Assembly (NCBI GenBank): GCA_000991405.1
Contig: LBRL01000001.1
Location: 3,744 to 67,743 of the forward strand
DNA: 64,000 bases
Origin: Candidatus Nomurabacteria bacterium GW2011_GWD2_36_14
GTDB lineage: Bacteria; Patescibacteriota; Minisyncoccia; Phycocordibacterales; UBA9973
Direction: 5' to 3'
A program made the translations under genes and the position numbers. This document shows positions 47,217 to 56,127 of this stretch, in pieces; position 1 is the stretch's first letter; each line of letters opens with the position of its first letter. Under the pieces are notes generated by a model, which was given only the letters and a program-made list of their open reading frames with translations, did no database searches and was not told the origin of the DNA.

Positions 47217-49356
47217 ATTAAAGAGTGAATATAAACCCGATGGTGATCAGCCCAAGGCTATAAAAGATCTTCTAGAGGGTCTTAAGAAGGGTTTCCGTAA
47301 GCAAACACTTCTGGGTGCTACTGGTACAGGCAAGACTTTTACTATAGCCAATGTTATCGAAGAATGGGGGAAGCCGACCTTAGTCATAGCTCACAATAAA
47401 ACTCTCGCAGCTCAACTTGCTCAAGAATTTAGGGAGTTTTTCCCTGATGCCGCTGTTCACTATTTCGTGTCTTATTATGACTATTATCAGCCAGAAGCTT
47501 ATATGCCAGTGACTGATACTTATATAGAGAAGGACGCTCAGATAAACAAAGAGATAGACAGGCTTCGTCATGCTACGACGCAGTCTCTACTTACTCGTCC
47601 AGACGTCATTATTGTAGCTTCGGTCTCTTGTATTTATGGTCTAGGAAGTCCAGAAGAATATGAGAAGGTAAATTTAAAACTTGAAATTGGTTCTAAAATT
47701 AGCCGAACCGATATTATGAGAAAATTACTTGGAGTTCATTTTGAAAGAACGAATTCAGACCTTACTCCAGGAACTTTCCGTTCTATTGGAGATAGAGTAG
47801 AAGTCATGCCTATATCGGAGACTTTTATTTATCAGATAGAATTTGCAGGAGGTGCTATTTCTAAAATTTTAAAAGTAGACCCTGTGTCTGCTCATGTTTT
47901 GAAAGAAGAGCAAGGAATATTCCTTTTCCCTGCCAAGCATTTTATTACCGAGACAGAGAAAGTAAAAGTGGCGCTTAAGAATATTAAATTAGAATTGACA
48001 CAGCAATTAAAAAAGTTTGAGAAGGAAGGCAAGCTTCTTGAGGCAGAGAGAATTAAAAGACGAACCAATTATGATTTAGCTATGATAAAGGAAGTTGGCT
48101 ATTGTAGTGGTATCGAGAATTACAGTAGACAGCTTTCTGGAAAGAAGGAAGGGGAAGCCCCAGATACACTCCTCTCATATTTCAAGAGTGATTTCTTAAC
48201 TATTATCGATGAGTCTCATGTGACCCTGCCTCAGCTAGGTGGTATGTACGCTGGTGATGCCTCTCGCAAGAAGACTCTTGTAGACTTCGGCTTCCGTCTG
48301 CCTTCTGCCAAGGACAATAGGCCTCTTAAATACAATGAATTTGAAGAAAGAATTGGAGATGTCATATACGTATCAGCTACTCCAAGTGAGACAGAAAGGA
48401 CTACAAGTGCTCAGGTAGTCGAACAGATTATTCGCCCTACAGGGCTTATAGATCCAGAAATATTGGTAAGGCCAGTCTCTGTAATGGGTTCCCTTAGGTC
48501 GGACCTAGGGGCAAATAGTAAAGAATTAAAGACCCTAGGTCCGACCTATGGTCCATACCCTGGACAAATAGAAGACTTTGTACAAGAAGCCGATAGAGTT
48601 ATCAAGAAAGGTTTTCGTGCTATTGCTACGACTCTTACTAAGAAGATGGCAGAGGATCTAACTTTGTTCTTAAAAGAAAAGGGATTCAAAGCAGAGTACT
48701 TACATAGTGATATTAAAACCATAGAGAGAATTCAAATACTTTCTTCTTTTAGAAGAGGGGACTTCGACATTCTTATCGGAGTCAATTTGCTTCGCGAAGG
48801 ATTAGACTTGCCAGAGTTAGCCCTCATAGGAATCTTGGATGCAGACAAAGAAGGCTTCCTTCGCTCAGAAACTTCGCTTATTCAGATTATAGGGCGTGCT
48901 GCTCGTAACGTAGAAGGTAGAGTAGTACTATATGCTGATCATATGACCAAGGCGCTAGAGAGTGCCATAGGCGAGACGAACAGACGAAGAGATATACAGA
49001 TAGCTTACAACAAGAAGCACGGTATCACCCCCAAGACTATTATAAAAAATATTAAAGACATTACAGAAGAGCTCGAGAACAAACACGAGAAGGCTGTGAA
49101 TGTAGAGCTAGACTTGGATGTAGAATTGTTCAAGAAGACTTTTGTAACTAGCAAGAGCAATAAGGGTAAGGGAGAAAGAGAGTCTATCAAGAATTTGCTT
49201 CTTTCAGATGAAGACAGGAATAAAAGTATTTACGAGAAGATAATAAAGATAAAAGAGAAGGAGATGAATAAGGCAGTGAAAGAATTAGACTTCGAAACAG
49301 CTGCAATACTTCGAGATGAGATAATTGTTTTGAATGATAAATTTTTAGGCAAATAA
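47197..49356 (+). CDS. uvrB: Excinuclease ABC subunit B
   Basis: GATGTGKTFT, YYDYYQPEAY, DESH, NLLREGLD, GRAARN, C-terminal UVR domain. Confidence 0.98.
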   Translation: MPNKVFKLKSEYKPDGDQPKAIKDLLEGLKKGFRKQTLLGATGTGKTFTIANVIEEWGKPTLVIAHNKTLAAQLAQEFREFFPDAAVHYFVSYYDYYQPEAYMPVTDTYIEKDAQINKEIDRLRHATTQSLLTRPDVIIVASVSCIYGLGSPEEYEKVNLKLEIGSKISRTDIMRKLLGVHFERTNSDLTPGTFRSIGDRVEVMPISETFIYQIEFAGGAISKILKVDPVSAHVLKEEQGIFLFPAKHFITETEKVKVALKNIKLELTQQLKKFEKEGKLLEAERIKRRTNYDLAMIKEVGYCSGIENYSRQLSGKKEGEAPDTLLSYFKSDFLTIIDESHVTLPQLGGMYAGDASRKKTLVDFGFRLPSAKDNRPLKYNEFEERIGDVIYVSATPSETERTTSAQVVEQIIRPTGLIDPEILVRPVSVMGSLRSDLGANSKELKTLGPTYGPYPGQIEDFVQEADRVIKKGFRAIATTLTKKMAEDLTLFLKEKGFKAEYLHSDIKTIERIQILSSFRRGDFDILIGVNLLREGLDLPELALIGILDADKEGFLRSETSLIQIIGRAARNVEGRVVLYADHMTKALESAIGETNRRRDIQIAYNKKHGITPKTIIKNIKDITEELENKHEKAVNVELDLDVELFKKTFVTSKSNKGKGERESIKNLLLSDEDRNKSIYEKIIKIKEKEMNKAVKELDFETAAILRDEIIVLNDKFLGK
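48495..48548. repeat. In-frame REP-doublet-like palindrome in uvrB
   Basis: TAGGTCGGACCTAGGG-22 nt-CCCTAGGTCCGACCTA, a perfect 16-bp IR in which each arm is itself a hairpin. Confidence 0.9.
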
Positions 49357-49460
49357 AAAGGCTGTCGAGAGTATGAATTCCGACAGCCAGTTTGTGTTGA
49401 GGGGAATGGCTTAAACCCTCAACGATATATAAAATTAGAGAAAAAATGAACAAAATTAAG

Positions 49461-49534
49461 TCGGGGTAGCCAGACTCGAACTGACGACCCCCTGGGCCCA
49501 AACCAAGTGCGCTACCAAGCTGCGCTATACCCCG
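49461..49534 (-). tRNA. tRNA-Pro(UGG)
   Basis: CGGGGTA/TACCCCG acceptor, CTTGG-TTTGGGC-CCAGG anticodon arm. Confidence 0.93.
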
Positions 49535-49549
49535 AACTTTAAAGAAACG

Positions 49550-49623
49550 GGCCCTTACTCGGATTCGAACCGAGGACCCTCAGATTACAGATCTGATGCT
49601 CTGGCCAACTGAGCTATAAGGGC
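49550..49623 (-). tRNA. Atypical tRNA, formal anticodon UGU (Thr), with C33 and C73
   Basis: GCCCTTA/TAAGGGC, TCAGA-TCTGTAA-TCTGA, CTCGG-TTCGAAT-CCGAG; identity uncertain. Confidence 0.75.
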
Positions 49624-49715
49624 AATGATTTAATTTCATTCTTATATTACTTATTTCAAAATCTTTGTCAAGCTTATGGTTTTGTGTTATTATGTGACTA
49701 GTTAAATATTGATTC

Positions 49716-49784
49716 ACCCCCACACCCATATTTTTATTGCAGGTAATCCTGCGTTGAAAACTATAAAAATATAGGTGTGGGGGT
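49716..49784. repeat. 22-bp IR element (GGTGTGGGGGT arms) upstream of uvrA
   Basis: acccccacacccatatttttat ... ataaaaatataggtgtgggggt (21/22), with inner hairpin gcagg-taat-cctgc. Confidence 0.8.
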
Positions 49785-49922
49785 ATACACCCCCTATGAC
49801 AAATAGGAGGAATGTTTAAGTTTATAAATATATGAAAGAAATGAAGAAGCAACCCCGAATGAATTTTCTAAATATAATTTAATGTTTAACGAGGCTTAAT
49901 AGTATAAATAATTTTAAAATAT

Positions 49923-52598
49923 ATGATAAAAAAAAGTGAAAATTCTGACGGGGCAAGAATAATAATAAAAGGAGCTCGTACTCACAATCTGAAGAATATT
50001 AGTGTTGAGATGCCTAGGAATAAAATGATAGTTATTACTGGTATGTCAGGCTCTGGGAAGTCTTCTTTGGCGTTTGATACTATCTTTGCTGAAGGTCAGC
50101 GTCGCTATGTGGAGAGTCTTTCGGCTTATGCCCGCCAATTCTTGAATCAAATGCCGAAGCCCGATGTCGATGAGATTACTGGTCTTTCTCCTGCTATTTC
50201 TATAGACCAGAAGTCTCGGTCGAACAATCCTCGTTCGACAGTTGCGACCATCACTGAAATATATGACTATCTTCGTGTTCTTTATGCACGTATCGGGCAC
50301 CCTCATTGTCCAGAATGTGGCAATGAGATCAAGAAGCTTTCAAATGATGAAATACTTCACTTTGCCATAGATAAGATAAAGAATTTTCAAAAGGATAACA
50401 AGAAAAAGAAAGTAATGGGTGTCGAATGGAACGAAGCACCTATCTCCATTCTTGCTCCTGTTGTTCGAGGTAGGAAAGGTGAGTATTATCAACTTCTTTA
50501 TGATTTACTCAATAAAGGATTTGCCGAGGTTCGTCTCGATGGACAGATCAAGAAACTAAGAGAGAGAATCGATATTACGAAGACAAAGAAACACGACATA
50601 GAAGTTATCGTAGATACTTTCGCTATTCATGAATTTAAAGACAATGAGAAGGATTCTTACTCAAGATTAGCTGAGAGTGTTGAGAGGGCTCTATTAGAGT
50701 CAGACGGACTTGTAATTATTAAAATAGATGAAGATGAATACCTTATGTCTTCCAAGTTCTCTTGTGCTATTGACGGCTTCGCTTTTCCTGAAATAGAGCC
50801 TAGGCTCTTCTCTTTCAATTCTCCGTACGGAGCCTGTCCTACTTGTAATGGGCTTGGTACCAAGTATTTTGGTGGCACAGAGCCCTGCGATGATTGTAAG
50901 GGCTTGCGATTACGACCTGAAGCACTTCATGTATATTTAGGCCAATCCGCTTCGCAGAAACATAAAAATTCTTCCCGCTTTACCCTAAAGGGCTCCGACG
51001 CGGATAAGAATTTTCATGTTTCTGCTTCGCTTAACATTGTAGATGTTACGAAGTTATCAATCGCTGATGTTGCTGACTTTTTTATTGAACTACAGTTGAA
51101 TGATCAAGAAAAGGAAATTTCGAAGGTTGTCATAAAAGAGATTGAAGCTCGAATACAATTCTTACTGAACGTAGGGCTTGATTATTTATCACTCGATAGA
51201 AAAGCCAATACTCTCTCAGGAGGAGAAGCACAGAGGATACGCTTGGCTTCACAGTTAGGTTCACGACTTGTCGGAGCTTTGTATGTACTCGATGAACCGA
51301 CGATAGGTTTACACCAGAGAGATAATGATAAACTCATCAAGACACTAGAAAATCTTCGTGACCTAGGGAATACTATCATAGTAGTTGAACACGACGAAGA
51401 TACTATATATGCATCGGATTATATTGTAGATATAGGCCCGAAAGCTGGAGTACATGGAGGGCAAGTTATCGTGTCGGATTATTTACAAGATTTACTAGAT
51501 GCACCAAAGAACGTTTCTAATTCTAGAACTTTGGCATATCTTAGAAATGAAGTCAGAATAGAAATTCCAGAGAAAAGAAGGAATAGTGATAAGGGTGCTA
51601 TTAAAATAATTGGAGGTAAAATTTTCAATATTGAAAATTTAAATGCGGAAGTTCCACTAGGAAAGCTTGTAACTATTACTGGAGTATCAGGAAGTGGGAA
51701 GAGTTCCTTTGTGTATGAGATTATTCACAAGAATCTTCAGGCCAGATACGAAAGGAAGTTTAGAACAGCAAAGATTTTCAACTGTGCATCTTTCACTGGG
51801 ACGGAATATGCTTCTCGCGTCGTTCTTATCGATCAGTCTCCGATAGGCCGTACTCCTCGCTCCAACTTGGCTACTTATACAGGCGCCTTTACTCATATCC
51901 GTGACATGTTTGCCTTAAGTGAAGAAGCAAGGCTCAAAGGTTGGAAGGCCAATAGATTCTCTTTCAATGTGAAAGGTGGGCGTTGTGAAGCTTGTGAAGG
52001 TAATGGCGAGGTAGCGGTAGAGATGCACTTCCTTCCTACTGTGTATGTCACTTGTGACGTATGTAATGGCAAGAGATTCGATAAGGAGACCCTGACTGTG
52101 AAGTACAAGAAGAAGAATATTTATGAAGTTCTTCAAATGACAGTTGAAGAAGCGATTGTGTTTTGGGAAGATATTCCGGCTGTTTATGATCGTATGAAGA
52201 CTCTTATGGAAGTCGGTCTTGGCTATGTGAAACTTGGTCAGTCTGCTACAACTCTCTCAGGAGGAGAAGCACAACGTGTGAAAATTTCTTCAGAACTTTT
52301 TAGACCATATGAAGAGAAAACAATATATCTATTAGACGAGCCAACAGTTGGACTTCATTACGATGATGTAGCTAAGTTGCTTGAAGTTTTGAATAGACTT
52401 GTAAATAAAGGCAATAGTGTAGTGGTAATAGAGCACAATATGGATATTATAAAGTCTTCAGACCATATCATAGATATTGGTCCTGAAGGAGGGTTAGGTG
52501 GTGGCAAGATTGTAGCTAAGGGAACTCCTGAAGAAGTTGCTAATACAATAGGAAGTCATACGGGTAAATATCTTAAAAAAGTTTTGAAGAGGAAATAA
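49923..52598 (+). CDS. uvrA: Excinuclease ABC subunit A (insertion domain absent; in-frame palindromic insert)
   Basis: GARTHNLKN, two GSGKSS Walker A motifs, two LSGGEAQR, zinc fingers. Confidence 0.98.
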   Translation: MIKKSENSDGARIIIKGARTHNLKNISVEMPRNKMIVITGMSGSGKSSLAFDTIFAEGQRRYVESLSAYARQFLNQMPKPDVDEITGLSPAISIDQKSRSNNPRSTVATITEIYDYLRVLYARIGHPHCPECGNEIKKLSNDEILHFAIDKIKNFQKDNKKKKVMGVEWNEAPISILAPVVRGRKGEYYQLLYDLLNKGFAEVRLDGQIKKLRERIDITKTKKHDIEVIVDTFAIHEFKDNEKDSYSRLAESVERALLESDGLVIIKIDEDEYLMSSKFSCAIDGFAFPEIEPRLFSFNSPYGACPTCNGLGTKYFGGTEPCDDCKGLRLRPEALHVYLGQSASQKHKNSSRFTLKGSDADKNFHVSASLNIVDVTKLSIADVADFFIELQLNDQEKEISKVVIKEIEARIQFLLNVGLDYLSLDRKANTLSGGEAQRIRLASQLGSRLVGALYVLDEPTIGLHQRDNDKLIKTLENLRDLGNTIIVVEHDEDTIYASDYIVDIGPKAGVHGGQVIVSDYLQDLLDAPKNVSNSRTLAYLRNEVRIEIPEKRRNSDKGAIKIIGGKIFNIENLNAEVPLGKLVTITGVSGSGKSSFVYEIIHKNLQARYERKFRTAKIFNCASFTGTEYASRVVLIDQSPIGRTPRSNLATYTGAFTHIRDMFALSEEARLKGWKANRFSFNVKGGRCEACEGNGEVAVEMHFLPTVYVTCDVCNGKRFDKETLTVKYKKKNIYEVLQMTVEEAIVFWEDIPAVYDRMKTLMEVGLGYVKLGQSATTLSGGEAQRVKISSELFRPYEEKTIYLLDEPTVGLHYDDVAKLLEVLNRLVNKGNSVVVIEHNMDIIKSSDHIIDIGPEGGLGGGKIVAKGTPEEVANTIGSHTGKYLKKVLKRK
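50948..51030 (+). repeat. Coding palindromic element (family A, copy 2) in uvrA
   Basis: 20-bp arms (19/20), same 27-bp core, GCTTCGC at both ends; encodes QKHKNSSRFTLKGSDADKNFHVSAS. Confidence 0.95.
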
Positions 52599-52601
52599 AA
52601 A

Positions 52602-52628
52602 AAGAAGCGCGTATTATTGGCGCTTCTT
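52602..52628. terminator. Bidirectional terminator
   Basis: aagaagcgc-gtattattg-gcgcttctt between convergent genes. Confidence 0.65.
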
Positions 52629-52647
52629 GAGTAAATATACAGAGAAT

Positions 52648-52941
52648 CTAATTTAATAAAGTAACTTCACATTCTCTATACACAACAGTCTTAACAATAT
52701 ATTTACCTTCTTCTTTTGAAGGTTCTATTGATCGTACTGTGTTGGTGACACCAAAACCTACTCCTGAGTCATCAGAAAATTCTTTTATGGAACTTCCTGG
52801 TGTGATCGGTTCAGCTAATTTTATATTTCCATGATCACGGAAAATTTCTCTTTTTGGATTGGTGTTGAATACTACTAAATTTATCACTGAACCACGTTTC
52901 CCAATTTCTTGAATTTTGTCTGGCATGATTTTCTCCTCCAT
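52648..52941 (-). CDS. Hypothetical protein
   Basis: 97-aa ORF filling the uvrA-uvrC gap. Confidence 0.55.
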   Translation of the reverse strand: MEEKIMPDKIQEIGKRGSVINLVVFNTNPKREIFRDHGNIKLAEPITPGSSIKEFSDDSGVGFGVTNTVRSIEPSKEEGKYIVKTVVYRECEVTLLN

Positions 52942-52992
52942 TTTTTAGTTTAACATTTGTACAATATCTATTTTTAATCTAATATAATCTAT

Positions 52993-54258
52993 ATGAATAG
53001 TCAACAGGTCAAAAAAATAGGTTTGCCAGATAAATCAGGGGTTTATTTTTTCAAGGTGGGGGATAAGATTCTCTATATAGGCAAGGCCACTTCTTTGCGG
53101 GATAGGGTAAAGAGCTATTTTTCTAAGGATATCATCGTTACCAGAGGGTCACATATCTTAGATATGACGGTAAAAGCGGATAGGGTAGAATGGCAGGAAA
53201 CTGGTAGTGTGCTGGAAGCCTTAATACTTGAGGCGAACTTAATAAAGAAATATAAGCCGAAATACAATACCAAAGAGAAAGACAATAAGAGTTTCAACTA
53301 TGTCTGCATTACCAAAGATAAATTACCCAAGGTTTTAATTGTTCGTGGTAGAGGAATGGATAAAAAGTTGTATAGCAAAGTTTATGGTCCATTCCCCAAT
53401 GGTCAGCAATTAAAAGAAGCGATGAAAATCATTCGTAGAATTTTCCCGTATTTTGATAATGATTCGTTAAAGAAAAATAATAGAGAATTTTACAAACAAA
53501 TAGGATTAGTACCTATAGTTGAATATAAAAACAATATAAAGAATCTTAAATTATTTTTCGAAGGGAAAAAGAAAAGCATAATAATAAATTTGAAGAAGGA
53601 AATGCTAGCTTTTGCAAAAAAGAAAGAATTCGAGAAAGCTGGTGAAGTTAAGAATAGAATTTTTGCTTTGAATCATATAAATGATGTTGCTCTTATAAAA
53701 GAAGATTTAATTGCTCCACAGAAAAACGCTTCACAGGAATATGCGAATTTTTCGCGCTTTACCCTAAAGGGCTCCGACGCGACTCAAAATTCGCATATTC
53801 CTGTTTCGCTTTTTCGTATCGAAGCTTATGATGTGGCTCACATGGGAGGCAAGGATATGGTGGGAGTTATGACTGTCGTTGAGAATGGTGAAGTCAATAA
53901 AAGTGAATACAAGAAGTTCATTATCAGAACTCAAAGTGATGCGAATGACACAGGAGCACTCGAGGAAGTACTTTCTCGTAGATTGCGTCATACAGAGTGG
54001 GGACTACCTAGTTTGGTTGTTGTCGACGGTAGTACCGCTCAAGTAAATGTGGCCAAGAGAATTCTTGCCAGATATCAGTTTAAGGTACCTATAGTCGGAG
54101 TTGTGAAAGATGACAAACATAGACCGAAAGCACTTATAGGGAGTGAAGAAATAATTAAAATATACAAAAAGCAGATCCTACTTGCCAATAGTGAGTCGCA
54201 TAGGTTTGCAATTACTTTCCATAAACAAAAGAGAAATAAAAGTTTCTTAAATAAGTAA
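52993..54258 (+). CDS. uvrC: Excinuclease ABC subunit C (short form without the C-terminal HhH; in-frame palindromic insert)
   Basis: GVY..YIGKATSLRDRVKSYF GIY-YIG, UVR (EFEKAGEVKNRI), RIEAYDVAH, VVDGS, SHRFAITFH. Confidence 0.93.
   Translation: MNSQQVKKIGLPDKSGVYFFKVGDKILYIGKATSLRDRVKSYFSKDIIVTRGSHILDMTVKADRVEWQETGSVLEALILEANLIKKYKPKYNTKEKDNKSFNYVCITKDKLPKVLIVRGRGMDKKLYSKVYGPFPNGQQLKEAMKIIRRIFPYFDNDSLKKNNREFYKQIGLVPIVEYKNNIKNLKLFFEGKKKSIIINLKKEMLAFAKKKEFEKAGEVKNRIFALNHINDVALIKEDLIAPQKNASQEYANFSRFTLKGSDATQNSHIPVSLFRIEAYDVAHMGGKDMVGVMTVVENGEVNKSEYKKFIIRTQSDANDTGALEEVLSRRLRHTEWGLPSLVVVDGSTAQVNVAKRILARYQFKVPIVGVVKDDKHRPKALIGSEEIIKIYKKQILLANSESHRFAITFHKQKRNKSFLNK
53727..53809 (+). repeat. Coding palindromic element (family A, copy 3) in uvrC
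   Basis: Perfect 19-bp arms, same 27-bp core; encodes QEYANFSRFTLKGSDATQNSHIPVS. Confidence 0.95.
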
Positions 54259-54277
54259 TTCTTGATATAATACTTCT

Positions 54278-55276
54278 ATGATAAAAGTTGGGGTTATACG
54301 TGGGGGTATAAGTGGTGAGTACGAAGTATCTCTTAAGACGGGAAGTAATGTCCTTTCTCATTTGAGAGGAGATAAGTTAAATCAAACATATAAAGCCATC
54401 GACATTCTTATCGACAAGGAAGGTGTTTGGCATATAAATGGCAAGCCTGTATCGACAGCAGATGTATTCCATTCTGTGGATGTTGTTTTCAATGCCCTAC
54501 ATGGTGACTTTGGCGAAGATGGCAAGGTTCAGCAAATGCTAGACCAATGGAAGATTCCTTATACTGGTTCAGGAGCCTTCGCTTCTGCTTTAGGATATAA
54601 CAAAGTTTTAGCCAAAGAACAATTTAGTAGACTTGGAGTGAAGACCCCAAATCATTTTGTGGTGCCTCGGTATCACGAAGAAGATGGTGATTTTGAAACT
54701 TATGCTGTTAATGTTGCAAAGCAAATTCACGACAAGTTAGTACCTCCTTGGATAGTGAAGCCTCTCTCTGGTGGTTCTTCTGTGGGCATGAAGATGTGTA
54801 GGACTTATCCAGAATTAATATCTGCTTTTATGGAAGGTGTAAACATGGAGACCGATGTTCTAGTAGAAGAACTTATAGAAGGCAAGGAAGCGACAGTCGG
54901 CGTTGTTAATAATTTTCGTAATAAGGCTGTTTATGTGCTTCCTCCTATTGAGATACGAATTCCTACTAGTAAAACATTTTTTGACTATGAAGCCAAGTAC
55001 ACTGGAGTGTCGGAAGAAGTTTGCCCCGGCAATTTCTCCAATAGTGAAAAGGAGGAACTCCTAAGGCTGGCCGAGGTTATTCACACAGGGCTTAATCTGG
55101 ACCATTATTCACGAAGTGATTTTATCATACATCCGAAGAAGGGTATTTATGCGCTTGAAGTGAATACTTTACCAGGACTTACCGATGAATCATTGGTTCC
55201 TAAAATGCTTAATGCAGTGGGGGCAACAGCCCCTGAGTTTATAGACCACATTATTAAACTTGCTTTAAAGAGATAA
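54278..55276 (+). CDS. ddl: D-alanine--D-alanine ligase
   Basis: GGISGEYEVSL, ALHGDFGEDG, GGSSVG, FDYEAKY, EVNTLPG. Confidence 0.96.
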   Translation: MIKVGVIRGGISGEYEVSLKTGSNVLSHLRGDKLNQTYKAIDILIDKEGVWHINGKPVSTADVFHSVDVVFNALHGDFGEDGKVQQMLDQWKIPYTGSGAFASALGYNKVLAKEQFSRLGVKTPNHFVVPRYHEEDGDFETYAVNVAKQIHDKLVPPWIVKPLSGGSSVGMKMCRTYPELISAFMEGVNMETDVLVEELIEGKEATVGVVNNFRNKAVYVLPPIEIRIPTSKTFFDYEAKYTGVSEEVCPGNFSNSEKEELLRLAEVIHTGLNLDHYSRSDFIIHPKKGIYALEVNTLPGLTDESLVPKMLNAVGATAPEFIDHIIKLALKR

Positions 55277-55287
55277 TATACTTGTGT

Positions 55288-56115
55288 ATGAAAATTTCTA
55301 TTTTAGGTTATGGAACTTTTGGTCAAGCTATTGCAACTCGTTTGATAATAAACGGGCATGAAATTTTAATAAATGAAGTAAAAGGGAGCGACATGATACT
55401 TGTCGCAACTCCTTCATACAGGGTGAAAGAGGCTCTCTTAGAGCACAAGGAGTTTATTATAAATCAGAAAATAATAATTTGTTCTAAAGGTTTTAATGAA
55501 GATGGGGATCTTATATCAACTGTATTAGGAAAGGAATTCCCTCATAATTCAATTTATTTCTTATACGGTCCAACTTTAGCCGAAGGATTAATAAATGGAG
55601 ATCTTTCAGCTATGGTTTTAGCTGGTGGATCTAGTAAAGAAGAAGTAAAGAAACAGATTGAATCACAGAATTTAAAAATTGAGCTAAGTGACGATGTAGT
55701 TGGAGTTCAGATAGGTGCTGCTATGAAGAATGTAGTAACTATTTTTGTGGGTATTGCCGAAGGAGCATCGTATGGTCAGAATACTCAAGCTTATATTTTT
55801 ACTAAAGGATTACAAGAAATACAGAAGCTAGGGGTTTCCTTAGGGGCAGAACCCAATACTTTTATAGGGTTAACATGTTCAGGTGATTTATCTTTACGTT
55901 CTAGGAATCGTCTACTTGGAATTGAGATTGGCAAAGGTAGAAAGATAGAGAATATTGTTGCTAAGAAAAAATACATGTTAGAAGGATTGGCAACAATTAA
56001 AAATCACAAAAACATCAGTAGTAAACTCGGAGTCGAGTTACCATTTGTTGATATTTTGTTTTCTATAATTTTTGAAGGATATTCAGTCGAAGAAGGAATA
56101 AGGAGAATTGTATAA
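55288..56115 (+). CDS. gpsA: NAD(P)H-dependent glycerol-3-phosphate dehydrogenase
   Basis: GYGTFGQA, CSKG, GPTLA, AAMKNV, GDL..SRNR. Confidence 0.88.
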   Translation: MKISILGYGTFGQAIATRLIINGHEILINEVKGSDMILVATPSYRVKEALLEHKEFIINQKIIICSKGFNEDGDLISTVLGKEFPHNSIYFLYGPTLAEGLINGDLSAMVLAGGSSKEEVKKQIESQNLKIELSDDVVGVQIGAAMKNVVTIFVGIAEGASYGQNTQAYIFTKGLQEIQKLGVSLGAEPNTFIGLTCSGDLSLRSRNRLLGIEIGKGRKIENIVAKKKYMLEGLATIKNHKNISSKLGVELPFVDILFSIIFEGYSVEEGIRRIV

Positions 56116-56127
56116 TTTTTATATTGA

